In this document: positions 26,101 through 37,754 of the stretch, piece by piece
Layout: each line of letters begins with the position of its first letter
How positions within the stretch are numbered: the stretch's first letter is position 1
NCBI GenBank assembly: GCA_958009085.1
Contig: OY253688.1
Span: forward strand, 434,001 to 498,000
Length of the DNA: 64,000 bases
Direction of reading: 5' to 3'
From: Protoeuglena noctilucae
Lineage: Eukaryota
The notes under the pieces: generated by a model
Databases searched by the model: none
The model's input: only the letters and a program-made list of their open reading frames with translations
Told to the model about the DNA's origin: nothing
Made by a program: the position numbers and the translations under genes

Positions 26101-29100
26101 GGAGCCACAGCCCAGCGGCGATCTGCAGCGGCATGCTGCATAGCTCGTGCAGGGTGAGAAAGAGACCCGAGACGCGCTCGGCGTCGGAACTCATCAGCGC
26201 TTGGGGCGCGCCGGCCGCAGGGCCCAGGTCCACCTCCGGCAGCAGCAGTGACTTGCGCAGGACGGCGAGCGTGAGCGCGGCGCGCGTGTGGGCCTGGATG
26301 ACGCCCAGCCGGTAGGTGTAGCGCGTGTTGAGCACCGCCTTGGCCACGCTCGTGATGCCGAGCAGGGCCGCATAGGTCAGACCCACGCGCAGAGGGTCCG
26401 AACCCACGGGGAAGAAAAGAGGGGCGTAAGCGGGGTCGGAATCCGGTTCTGAGTCGCCGGCAGCGGCTGCGAGGAGGGGCAGTGCAAGGGGTGGTGTGCG
26501 TGGTGCGGGGAGCGTGTGCCACGTAAGCGCAAGCACGGGTCTGGAGGTGATAGGAACGCAGATGTTGCAGCTTACACACGTATGGTACAAGGAGAGCAAG
26601 AATATGTGTGCTGCTAGAGTCACATGCATGGTCACACACAACACACGCCGACGCACCCGTGTCAGCCGTCGGGGCGTCGTCCCTTGGGGCGTTCTCCAGG
26701 CACCAGACGATCTGGTGGAGCAGCACGGGTCCCGCGAAGCTCAGAGCGTCGTTGGCGAGCTTCATGAGGCCCAGCCAGAAGACCTGGGCGCCCCAAACGC
26801 GAAGGATGGCGTGGAAAAGCGAGGGCTCCTGCTGGGGCCCCTCGGCTGGTCGCCCCTCGCCCGCGTGAGGGTGCAAGAGGTACCACTTGTCCTTATCCCT
26901 GCGATCATCGAGCAACCAAGCGAAGTCAAGTAAGTGGAGCCAACCAAACCCACCCCACATCGTCAGTCAGCCGTCAGGAGCCAGTGACGCTCACCCGCCC
27001 CTCCACTCCATAGCCAGACCCCCCACCCTGCTGCTGGCGCCGTTGCGCCCGTCGCCCAGCTCTCCCTGCAGTCACGGATTACAGATGCTTTGTGACAGCG
27101 TTGTCGGTGCATGGCCACTCCTGAACGCGCACACTCAGGCCGCGTCAATCTCAACCATGACTGTGGCCCTGGTTTTGCACAGCAAAGAGTCCCAAGTAAG
27201 GGAAACGCGTGCTCACCAGGTCCATGGAGGCCTCTCGATGCGCGGCGAGCTGCGCTGCGAGGACGCCTGATGGCAGGGGCGAGGCATCATCGGGCGACCC
27301 CCGGCCGTCACCCCTTGCAGCCGCGATACCATCTTCGCCACTCGCTGTCGCGGCGCCATTTGGTGCGCTGGGCCCGGATGCGCGCCTCCGCTCCGCCCGG
27401 TCGCGCCCTTGACTGCGCCGCCACCCTCCATCAGGCTGTGTTCTGGCACCGGCGTCTCTGCCAGAACCGCCGTCACGATCCTCGGCCCCGACCTCGCCTG
27501 CGCCCTCCTCGGTCCGCTCCGACGGCGACACCTGCAGATCAGATGGGCACACAGCGGTCGTGCGGTCGTTCCCTTGTGCGTGATCTGGGCTGGCGTGGCG
27601 CAGTTGCCACTGATGCCCAGCACCCTATCTCCCGTCATTCACCAGCGGCTGCGTGAGCCTCGCCGCCACTTCGTCTTCCGACTGCGGCCCGTGCCGTAAC
27701 GACTCCGCCTGACGCAGCAAATGCTCCCATCGCGACCTCGCGTTTTCCGCCATGTCCGCTGCCGCCTGCCGCGCGCCCCTGCGACCGCAACGGAGCCCGT
27801 CACATCAGTGACGCAGCGCGCACGGACTGGACTGACTGGACTCGCACAGAATCGGGGGCACACAGCTGGAAGCGCCCAGCTGCAGCGTGTGACACGGTGC
27901 ATAGCTGCCGGTGCGTGGCAAGTGCCCATGTCAGTTGCCAGCAGTGTCTCGCCTGATGCCCGACTGCAGCATGGCCTGGAGGCGCATGCCCAGCTCGGAG
28001 CCGTTCCGCGACAGGAGGCGGACGAAACTCGAATCGCGACGAAACCTGACGTCGCCAGGCGTCGCGGCTTCGGCAGCCCCGTCCGCCCCATCTGCAACGC
28101 TGCCGGCCCTCAGCAGCCTGTGCGTCTCCGCGAGCAGAGGAGTCAGGTCGATCTCTTGCCCCTGCACGCTCTGCGAGTGCATGCGGCGTCCCCACGCCCC
28201 TCGGCACTCCTCGCGCCACGTCTCCCACAGCGCATCTCCCAGGTCGCCCCGGCGGCGCGACCTCTCGCGAGTGTCGCAGAGGTCATCGACGAGGAGCTGC
28301 GGGCAGCGAGAGCGCAGAGGTGACGCAATCCACGCTTGTCGGCTCAGATGCCAGCCACGTACCCTGCGCGTGCCGTCGCAGCGCACGTCATGTAACGTCG
28401 CGGTTCACCTTGCGATCTTGCGCGAGGAGCAGCACCGAGTAGACGTCTCCGAAGAGAGCCCAGCGACTGAACTTGGCCGTCAGCCAGTCGGCGTAGTGCA
28501 GCACGTCCCGGACCTGCTCTGCAGCGCGGACCGTCACCTCCGCGTCCCGCGCCTCCGCCTCCGCCTCGCCGCGTCTGAGCTCCCGCATGACCCTCGCAAT
28601 TAACTGCGGCAACAGAGTCTCTTCCCGCACGTCACAACAGGAGCCACATCGGGTCTCCGCCGGCGTCGAGCGCATGTGCGAGCGCAGAGCCGCGCGCTGC
28701 AGGCCCTGGGCGAGTGCGTCGGGCAATGTGTTAGTACAGCGATTGGCCGCGCACCTCAGGCTGATCGTAGGGCAGCGACATGATCGTGAAGATGGCCAGG
28801 AGCAGCAGGGCACCGCTGGCGCCCTGGTAGGCGTTGGCCAGGGGGAGCGGGGAGCTCCCGCCGCCGAGCGCCCCGATGACGGCGAGCACGATGGACCAGG
28901 CCGCGCGAAAGGACTGCGAACGGCGGGAGCGGGGACCATGGCGTGAGGTGACGGGCGTGTGATGTGACTGTGACCAGACGGAGAGACAGAAATCGCGCCG
29001 CGCGGGCCCGCGGGGGCTCCGGGCCTCACCCAGGTGGCTGTCAGTCGCCGGTGCAGACACGTCGTGATGGTGTGGTTGGCCAGCAGGAAGCGTGCGAGGA

Positions 29101-29353
29101 AAGCGTACGCCACGGCCGCGAGGGCGGCCGAGGCTATCGCGGCGTCAGCCAACTTCCGGAGCGAGAGCGCGCAGTAGAAGGCATGCGCGAGAGACATCGC
29201 CGAGAGAAGGCTCAGCCAGACCGCGACGTTCGTCTTGGCGCTGTGCAGGAGCGCCGCAGGCAGCGGGCCGACGCTGCTGTGCTGCCAGGCCACCAGCAGG
29301 GCGAGGGCGTCGAGGGACGCGCCCGGGAGGGAGTAAAACAACCATCGTCGCAT
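17108..29353 (-). CDS. ABCC/MRP-type ABC transporter (TMD0-L0-TMD1-NBD1-TMD2-NBD2), probably ABCC10/plant ABCC13-like; >25 exons
   Basis: Hydrophobic N-terminal exons (29353-28740). Lasso/L0-like [27 protein letters not shown]...[11 protein letters not shown]1 [17 protein letters not shown] and [18 protein letters not shown]1 GPTGSGKSS and [19 protein letters not shown]2 [14 protein letters not shown] and NRFASD...[12 protein letters not shown]2 GRTGAGKSS and [16 protein letters not shown]...LDESTS. Start codon uncertain. Confidence 0.9.
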
Positions 29354-29818
29354 CGGGGAGGTCGGCCGGGATGCGAGGCCCCCCCGACGGTGCGATGCAG
29401 CGCGTCGGCAGTCCTAGCGGGTAGGGCGAGGGAGCCCGCCCCTGCGCCTTAACTGCGCGTAAATTGTAGCGCAACACATCGCATTGTTCTAACGAGTTCG
29501 CTGTGATGCGCGAGGGTCCCCAAATCGGCGCAAGGAGGAAAGGCAATGGGCTGCAGTGTGCGAGGCAGTGGATATCGCACCCGCACGGCGGAGCACAGAA
29601 AAGAGCAACTCTCGGTGCCTTTTTTTTGCCAATGAGCCTCCTGCAGCCATTTGGAAAGCACCACGCGGCCAGTCCTGCAATTGGGCCGCTCCGCCCGATG
29701 GTCCACTGGCTGGCACTTCTCACCTACTGGCGAGGTGACAGCACAGGAAAGCGAGCCCAGCACAGGTCTGAGCGCACGTATGCGACAGTCGTGACCCCCC
29801 ACATCTCACGTCCATGTC

Positions 29819-30986
29819 ATGGACGCGGAGATGGGGGGGCGCGTAGTTGTCGTCGGCGGGGGCGCACTGGGCTCTCTCCTGGCCGCGAAACTTTCGGCTG
29901 GAAGTGCCAAAGTTTCGATATTACCGAGCCGAAGCCCTGAGAAGTGCCGGGTCCTCGCCGAGCAAGGCATTCGCGTAGAGGGCCTCAGCTCCGTGCACGC
30001 CTTCGTGGACGTCCTGTGCGCGCCGCGCGCTCTCCCTGCGGACACGTCGGCCGTGCTTCTGGCAATCAAGGACGTCGGACGCGGCGTGGAAGATGTCGCT
30101 GCAAGGCTGGCGTCCCCCAACTTCGTCCCCGACGCGGCTGTGGTCGTGAGCTGCATGAACGGCATTCGGGCCCTCGGCGTGCTGGAGCGCCACGGCTTGT
30201 CCACGGATCGGACCGCGGCGATGGTCAGCGCACTCGGCGCCACGCTGCTCGACACTGGCCGAGTGAGGCATGTCGGCAACGGACCGAGCTACCTCGGAAC
30301 ACACTCCAGCTCCCCAAGGTGTGACCGCCTTTGTTGCTGGGAGAGCGGGTGGGCGGCGTCATCCACACCTCCATCTCGAGGTTTGGATGGCCGAGGTGTG
30401 AATCAACGACTCCCTGCCGTCTCTCCAGGACTCGCGAGGCCCTTGCGCGGCTCACGGAGACTCTGCGGGCCTCGGGCTTCCCGGTGGAAGTGCTGGGGAG
30501 CGAACAGGAACTGGACCGCGCTCTTTGGCGCAAGCTCGCCGTGAACGCGGCCATCAACCCTCTCACGGCGCTGCACGGCGTGTTGAATGGGGAGGTCCTT
30601 GCCCGCGCCGACCTTGCAGACCTGGCGCGCCAGCTCTGCGAGGAGGTGGCTGTGGTTGCGGCCGCGTCCGGGCGCAGATTGACTGCGCAGGAGGCGTGGG
30701 CTGCCGTGACGGAGGCTGCGGAGAGGACGGCAGGCAACCGGTCGTCCATGTTACAAGACATGAAGGGCGGGCGTCCGTTGGAGCTGCAGGCCATCAACGG
30801 GGCGGTCGTGGAGGAGGCAGAGGTGACGGCTTTGCCATGCGCTTGTGCAATCGTTGGCGGGTACGTATGTGAGACGGGTGAGGCAGCGCCAGCCTGCCCA
30901 CGCAGGCGAGCGGGGTGGGCGACCAAGTGCCGGTGAACCGCCGAATCATCGACCTGGTGACGCAAGCCGCAGCAAGTAGGAATTGA
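29819..30986 (+). CDS. panE: 2-dehydropantoate (ketopantoate) reductase, PanE/ApbA family, 3 exons
   Basis: VVVVGGGALGSLLA Rossmann motif, LLAIK, SCMNGI, LWRKLAVNAAINPLTAL...NGEV, NRSSMLQDMKGGRPLELQAINGAVV. Introns ~30319-30428 and ~30823-30905. Confidence 0.88.
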
Positions 30987-31103
30987 CTCGCAGGTAGAAC
31001 CTGATAGAACGTGCTTTCAACAAAAGGAAACGCTGGAACAACGCTGAAACAACGCAAAGTATCACGGAAGAAGAACCAAGGACGCTCGTGCCTCCTACGC
31101 TGC

Positions 31104-34100
31104 TCAGGCCAGGACCGCGGACTTGGTCGCTGCCAGGATCTTGTCGTCGATCGTAAAGTCGGGCTGCTTGTTCATGCGTCCCTCCTTCTTGTAGAGCTCC
31201 ACCAGCGCGGGAACGTCGGAAAGGAAGTCGTGCTGGGGAGTCCAGCCCAGCAAGCGCTGCGCCTTGGCTGCAGACACGTGTACAGGAACAACCGTAAGTG
31301 AGCAGGTCAGGCAATCTGTTGGGTCAGCTTCATGCATGCACTCCGACGCACGCAAGCTCGCTCAATGTAGCGGCCCCATGACATCCAAGCAGCGGCGACA
31401 AACTCACAGCTCGAGGCGAAGAAGTGGACGGCCCGGAACGGGAACCCATCCACCTTCGCGCCCTTCCCCAGCCCCAGCTTCTCCGGCTCGTACAGCACCA
31501 CCTTGGCCTCCTTGCCCGCCGCCTTGGCGATCGCCTTGGCCATCCCCACAAACGTCACCGTCCTGCAGGCGCCGACACGGAACATGGCTGCTCGCACCCC
31601 ACACATCGACCGGCCGGCTCCCTGCTGCCAGTGTCCACCGCACGCCCCGTCTTCACCCCACCCCGCGCAGCCCCTCACCGGTCCGAGCACGCGTTGAAGT
31701 CCTGCCCGATCGCCGCCTCGTTCCCCGGCACGCACGCCAGCATTGACGCCACGTCCTCTACGTGCGTCATCGACGTGCACTGGATGCCCGGCGACGGGAT
31801 GCACACCGGCCGGTCGCGCAGGATGCGGTCCATCATCCACTGCTGGTAGTCCTTGGCGCTGTCAGGCCCGTAGATGTACAGCGGCCTGCGCGGGAACGCG
31901 AGAGTGACATGCGATGGTTGGGACAAGCCACAGGCCTCATGCCCGGCATGGGGCGCGCACCTGGCCACCCGCAGCCCACTGCCCGCCGCCCCGCTGCCGC
32001 CCCTTCAGTCCGCACCTGAAGATCGTGTACGGCATCTTGACCTGCTTCAGGTACTCCTCCACGTAGAAGTGGTCCTTCTCCGCCCGCTTGTCCCCCTCCA
32101 GCGACATGGGCTGCCCCGCGTCCGCCTTGTACATGCCCGCCGACGACACAAACACATAGTGCTGTACCTTGCCCCGGTACGCGTCGATCAGCGGCCGGCA
32201 AGTGTCGATGTCCTTGCCGTTGTTGTCGTACACCACGTCGAACGACCCCGCAGGGTACGACGACGGCTTGGTCGGGCTGCCCCACACCACCTGCGGCGCG
32301 GGGGCGGCGGCGGCAGCAGCGTCGCATCCCGGGCGCGACCGGGGGCCCTCCAGAGCGCGACAGACCCCGCCAGAGCCTACTGTACACGCTGCTCAGTCGC
32401 CACTGCTCGCCCGAGCCCACGTCCGCCCTGCACCCTGCCACCCGTCCCAGCACCGCGCTCACCTTGGCCCCCGCGGCCTCCAGCTCCTTGTACTTGGCGA
32501 ACGGACCCTTCGACGACAGCTTGCTCGCGTCGCCGTCGTTCAGGATCGTCACGCTGTGTCCCTTGGCCATCAGCGCCCGAGCTGCGGGCACGCGCGCATC
32601 GCAGGGTGGCTGTCGGGAACCAGCGCCCCTCGCGCTCCGCCGCGGCCCTCGCCGCGCGGATCGCCGTACCATGAGACATCGATGGCAGCCCGCGCGCCGC
32701 CGCCGCCCGCACGGCTCACCGAGGTAGAGGCCGATAAAGGCGTGGCCCCCGCTCTTGCAGTTCACGATCAGGCACTTCATCGGGGGGGCAGGGGCGGGCT
32801 TGCGGACGTTGAGGACGCGAGCAGTGCGCTTGGTGGAGGCAGCGCCGGCAGAAGCGCCAAACTGCGGCAGAGAGCAGGGCACTGGACCGTCACATTGAAA
32901 GAGACTCAAAGCGGCGTCGAGAGAGGGAGGTGCGCTGCTACCAGACCTCCGAGCCCTCTCTGAGGCACTCAGCGCGATGGCCACCGCGAGGTGCGATGCA
33001 ATGGGACACGCGAGGCGCGATGCATGGGTGCCACTCACCGCGGACGAAGCCATGCTGGAGCCCTTGTTGCCGGGCGTGGTGTCCCAGAAGGAGGACGCAG
33101 CGGCAGCGAAGTCGGACTGCGCCGACGTGGCCGGCTGTGCGTCCCAGAAAGACGAGGTGGGCTTGGCGTCCCAGAACGACGACGTCAGGTTGAACTGGGT
33201 GGAGCTCGGCTGGGCATCCCAGAAGGACGAGGTAGGCTTAGCGTCCCAGAAAGACGACGCCAGGTTGGACTGCGTAGAGCTGGGCTGGGCGTCCCAGAAC
33301 GACGAGGTGGGCTTGGCGTCCCAGAACGACGACGTCGGGGTCGACTGGGTGGAGCTGGGCTTAGTGTCCCAGAACGACGACGCAGCCGTGGACTGCGTAG
33401 AGCTCGTGCTCGACTGGGAGTCCCAGAACGACGTCGTGGGCTTGAACGAGTCCCAGAGCGTTGACGCGTTGGAAGCGTCCTTGGAGCTCGGCTGCGAGTC
33501 CCAGAACGAAGACGTCTTGGCTGGCTCCGCAGCCTTCGTGCTAGGCTGAGAGTCCCAGAAGGACGTGGTGGGCTTGAACGAATCCCAGAGCGACGAGCCC
33601 TGGGCCGCGGTGCTGCTCGGCTGCGAGTCCCAGAACGACGAGGTCTTGGCCGGCTCCGAAGACGTCGAGCTGCTCGACTGCGAGTCCCAGAACGACGTCG
33701 TGGGCTTGGTGTCCCAGAAAGACGAGGTCTTGGACGTCTCAGCAGAGGTGGTGCTCGACTGAGAGTCCCAGAAGGAAGAGGTCTTAGAGGAGGAGGTCTT
33801 GGCAGGCTCCGCAGCCTTGGAGCTCGACTGGGAGTCCCAGAACGACGTCGTGGGCTTGAACGAGTCCCAGAGCGACGTGCCCTTGGCCGTGTCCTTCGAC
33901 GCGGCGCTGGGCTTGGACTCCCAGAGCGACGTTACCGAGTCCCAGAAAGAGGGCGTCTTCTTGGCAGGCTCCTGCGTGGACGTGGAGCTCGACTTGGTGT
34001 CCCAGAAGGAAGAGGATGAGGTCTTGGAAGCCTCCTTGGTGCTGGGCTGCGAGTCCCAGAACGAGGACGACGACGACGTCTTGGCAGGCTCCTTCGACGC

Positions 34101-37100
34101 GGTGGTGCTGGGCTGCGAGTCCCAGAACGACGTCGTGGGCTTGAACGAGTCCCAGAGAGATGACCCGTCGGAAACTCCCTTGCTGCTGGGCTGCGTATCC
34201 CAGAAAGACGACGTCTTGGCCGGCTCGGCAGACGTGGTGGTGCTGGATTGGGAGTCCCAGAACGACGTCGTGGGCTTGGTGTCCCAGAAGGATGACCCCT
34301 TGGACGTCTCCTTAGTAGTAGTGCTGCTCGACTGAGAGTCCCAGAACGACGATGACGACGACTTGGCGGGCTCCTTGGATGTCGTGCTGGGCTGCGAGTC
34401 CCAGAACGACGTCGTGGGCTTGAACGAGTCCCAGAGAGACGACCCGTCGGAAACTCCCTTGCTGCTGGGCTGCGTATCCCAGAAAGACGACGTCTTGGCC
34501 GGCTCGGCAGACGTGGTGGTGCTGGATTGGGAGTCCCAGAACGACGTCGTGGGCTTGGTGTCCCAGAAGGATGACCCCTTGGACGTCTCCTTAGTAGTAG
34601 TGCTGCTCGACTGAGAGTCCCAGAACGACGATGACGACGACTTGGCGGGCTCCTTGGATGTCGTGCTGGGCTGCGAGTCCCAGAACGACGTCGTGGGCTT
34701 GAACGAGTCCCAGAGCGTGGACGCGTTGGAAGCGTCCTTGGTCGTGCTGCTCGACTGGGAGTCCCAGAAAGAGGAGGTCTTAGCAGGCTCCTTCGTGCTT
34801 GACCACGAGTCCCATGACGAGGACGAGGACGACTTGGCCGGCTCCTTGGTAGTAGAGCTGCTCGACTGGGAGTCCCAGAACGACGTCGTGGGCTTGAACG
34901 AGTCCCAGGATGACGAGCCCTGGGTCGCGGTGCTGCTCGGCTGCGAGTCCCAGAACGACGACGTCTTGGCCGGCGTGGATGTCGTGCTGGGCTGAGAGTC
35001 CCAGAACGACGTCGTCGGGGTAGAGTCCCAGAACGACGACCCCTTAAAAGCCGCCTGAGTCGTAGAGCTCGACGGAGAGTCCCAGAAGGAAGAGGAAGAG
35101 GTCTTGGCAGGCTCCTTGGACGCGGAAGTGCTCGACTGGGAGTCCCAGAACGATGTCGTGGGCTTGAACGAGTCCCAGAGCGTTGACGCGTTGGAAGCGT
35201 CCTTGGTGCTCGACTGGGAGTCCCAGAAAGAGGACGTCTTGGCGGGCTCCGCAGCCTTCATGCTAGGCTGAGAGTCCCAGAACGACGTCGTGGGCTTGAA
35301 CGAATCCCAGAGCGACGAGCCCTGGGCCGCGGTGCTGCTCGGCTGGGCGTCCCAGAAGGACGAGGTCGGCGTGGAGCTGGGCGCGTCCCAGAAGGAAGTC
35401 GTGGGCTTGGAGCTGGGCTGGGCGTCCCAGAACGAAGACGTCGTTGAGGACGTGGGCTGCGCGTCCCAGAACGATGACGTTGTAGAAGACGTGGGCTGGG
35501 CATCCCAGAAAGACGAGGTGGCCGCGGAAGACGACGACCCAGACGAAGGCCCGTTGCCACCCGAGCTCTTGGTCGCTGCCAGGATCTTGTCGTCGATCGT
35601 AAAGTCGGGCTTCTTGTTCATGCGTCCCTCCTTCTTGTAGAGCTCCACCAGCGCGGGAACGTCGGACATGAAGTCGTGCTTGGGAGTCCAGCCCAGCATA
35701 CGCTTTGCCTTAGCTGCAGGAAGGGACGGCGGGCACAGGTTCACCAATGCCAACCGCCTCAGGCCACCTCGTATCGTACGCTGGCCCTTTGACAGTCGGA
35801 AAGAGCCTCACCGCTCGAGGCGAAGAAGTGGACGGCCCGGAACGGGAACCCATCCACCTTCGCGCCCTTCCCCAGCCCCAGCTTCTCCGGCTCGTACAGC
35901 ACCACCTTGGCCTCCTTGCCCGCCGCCTTGGCGATCGCCTTGGCCATCCCCACAAACGTCACCGTCCTGCAGGCGCCGACACGGAACATGGCTGCTCGCA
36001 CCCCACACATCGACCGGCCGGCTCCCTGCTGCCAGTGTCCACCGCACGCCCCGTCTTCACCCCACCCCGCGCAGCCCCTCACCGGTCCGAGCCCGCGTTG
36101 AAGTCCTGCCCGATCGCCGCCTCGTTCCCCGGCACGCACGCCAGCATTGACGCCACGTCCTCTACGTGCGTCATCGACGTGCACTGGATGCCCGGCGACG
36201 GGATGCACACCGGCCGGTCGCGCAGGATGCGGTCCATCATCCACTGCTGGTAGTCCTTGGCGCTGTCAGGCCCGTAGATGTACAGCGGCCTGCGCGGGAA
36301 CGCGAGAGTGACATGCGATGGTTGGGACAAGCCACAGGCCTCATGCCCGGCATGGGGCGCGCACCTGGCCACCCGCAGCCCACTGCCCGCCGCCCCGCTG
36401 CCGCCCCTTCAGTCCGCACCTGAAGATCGTGTACGGCATCTTGACCTGCTTCAGGTACTCCTCCACGTAGAAGTGGTCCTTCTCCGCCCGCTTGTCCCCC
36501 TCCAGCGACATGGGCTGCCCCGCGTCCGCCTTGTACATGCCCGCCGACGACACAAACACATAGTGCTGTACCTTGCCCCGGTACGCGTCGATCAGCGGCC
36601 GGCAAGTGTCGATGTCCTTGCCGTTGTTGTCGTACACCACGTCGAACGACCCCGCAGGGTACGACGACGGCTTGGTCGGGCTGCCCCACACCACCTGCGG
36701 CGCGGGGGCGGCGGCGGCAGCAGCGTCGCATCCCGGGCGCGACCGGGGGCCCTCCAGAGCGCGACAGACCCCGCCAGAGCCTACTGTACACGCTGCTCAG
36801 TCGCCACTGCTCGCCCGAGCCCACGTCCGCCCTGCACCCTGCCACCCGTCCCAGCACCGCGCTCACCTTGGCCCCCGCGGCCTCCAGCTCCTTGTACTTG
36901 GCGAACGGACCCTTCGACGACAGCTTGCTCGCGTCGCCGTCGTTCAGGATCGTCACGCTGTGTCCCTTGGCCATCAGCGCCCGAGCTGCGGGCACGCGCG
37001 CATCGCAGGGTGGCTGTCGGGAACCAGCGCCCCTCGCGCTCCGCCGCGGCCCTCGCCGCGCGGATCGCCGTACCATGAGACATCGATGGCAGCCCGCGCG

Positions 37101-37754
37101 CCGCCGCCGCCCGCACGGCTCACCGAGGTAGAGGCCGATAAAGGCGTGGCCCCCGCTCTTGCAGTTCACGATCAGGCACTTCATCGGGACGGCCATGCTG
37201 ACTACCGCCGCGCGGCTCACGTGCGCCCGGAACTTGCGAGACGCAGCGGGCGCCAGCGGGGCGGCGAACTGCGGGCAGGCAGGCACCGTAGGTCACGAGG
37301 CTCACACTGGCCCCTCGTGGCCGACACACAGGGTCGATCACCGCACGGTCAACGCTAAGCTGTTCGTCCCCCGCGTACGAGCGGCGGGAAGGGCAAGTGG
37401 TTCGGGGAGTGTCTCAATTCGAGCTCGCCGGCCGGGTATCATTGATGCTCCGGGAAGTCGGGCCGCCTTACCGAGCTACCAAAGGGGCAGCATCCGGCGC
37501 GATTGCTCAAAAACGTGTTTGTTGCGCACGCGGGAGCCGTCACTAACTGCGCTCGTCCCCTGAAAAGCCGGCGGCATGGTCCGGCCCCCTCTCCGTCGAG
37601 GGGGGACCCGGATCGAGGACGTCGACCTCACCGGTAGTTTCGGCATCCGGGGCGCAGCCGCTGATGCGGAGGTGGTCCGCATCAACGCCGGGGCGGCGCC
37701 CCGAGCGTCGCTGCGCCCCGCGACCGGGGTCGCGACGGGGAGTGTGGCTGCCAT
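31104..37754 (-). CDS. CSP41A: Chloroplast-targeted tandem CSP41a (atypical SDR/epimerase, stem-loop RNA-binding) fusion: transit peptide - CSP41a - ~840-aa SFWD-repeat linker - CSP41a, ~1,550 aa
   Basis: Exon 37754-37725 plus intron 37724-37269 gives MAATLPVATP|FAAPLAPAASRKFRAHVSRAAVVSMA. Both domains have the CSP41a signature KCLIVNCKSGGHAFIGLYL, FDVVYDNNGKD, YVFVSSAGMYK, FRPLYIYG and FPFRAVHFF. Domain 1 runs without a stop (exon 35713-33039) into the repeats, then splices (33038-32862) into domain 2. TGA at 31104-31106. Confidence 0.85.
31403..37188. repeat. Direct repeat of ~1.38 kb: 31403-32784 versus 35807-37188 (offset 4404), covering CSP41a exons and introns
   Basis: By eye the copies match, introns included. 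Differences noticed only at 31408/35812 and in the codon giving NACSDR versus NAGSDR. Confidence 0.93.
33039..35564 (-). repeat. Coding low-complexity repeat array: 54 (F/L/S)-W-D motifs in Ser/Thr/Pro/Lys spacers, including a 279-bp near-perfect tandem duplication (~34105-34714)
   Basis: Recurrent GTCCCAGAA on the plus strand. Manual count of 54 'WD' plus one 'WE' in the translation. Identical blocks start at 34105, 34384 and 34663. Confidence 0.95.

Noticed and set aside
33040..35640. CRISPR-like array or plus-strand 'ESQNDVVG' ORFs
   Set aside because: Units vary in length, keep the minus-strand frame with synonymous variation, and have no cas genes nearby. The plus-strand ORFs are stop-interrupted antisense shadows.
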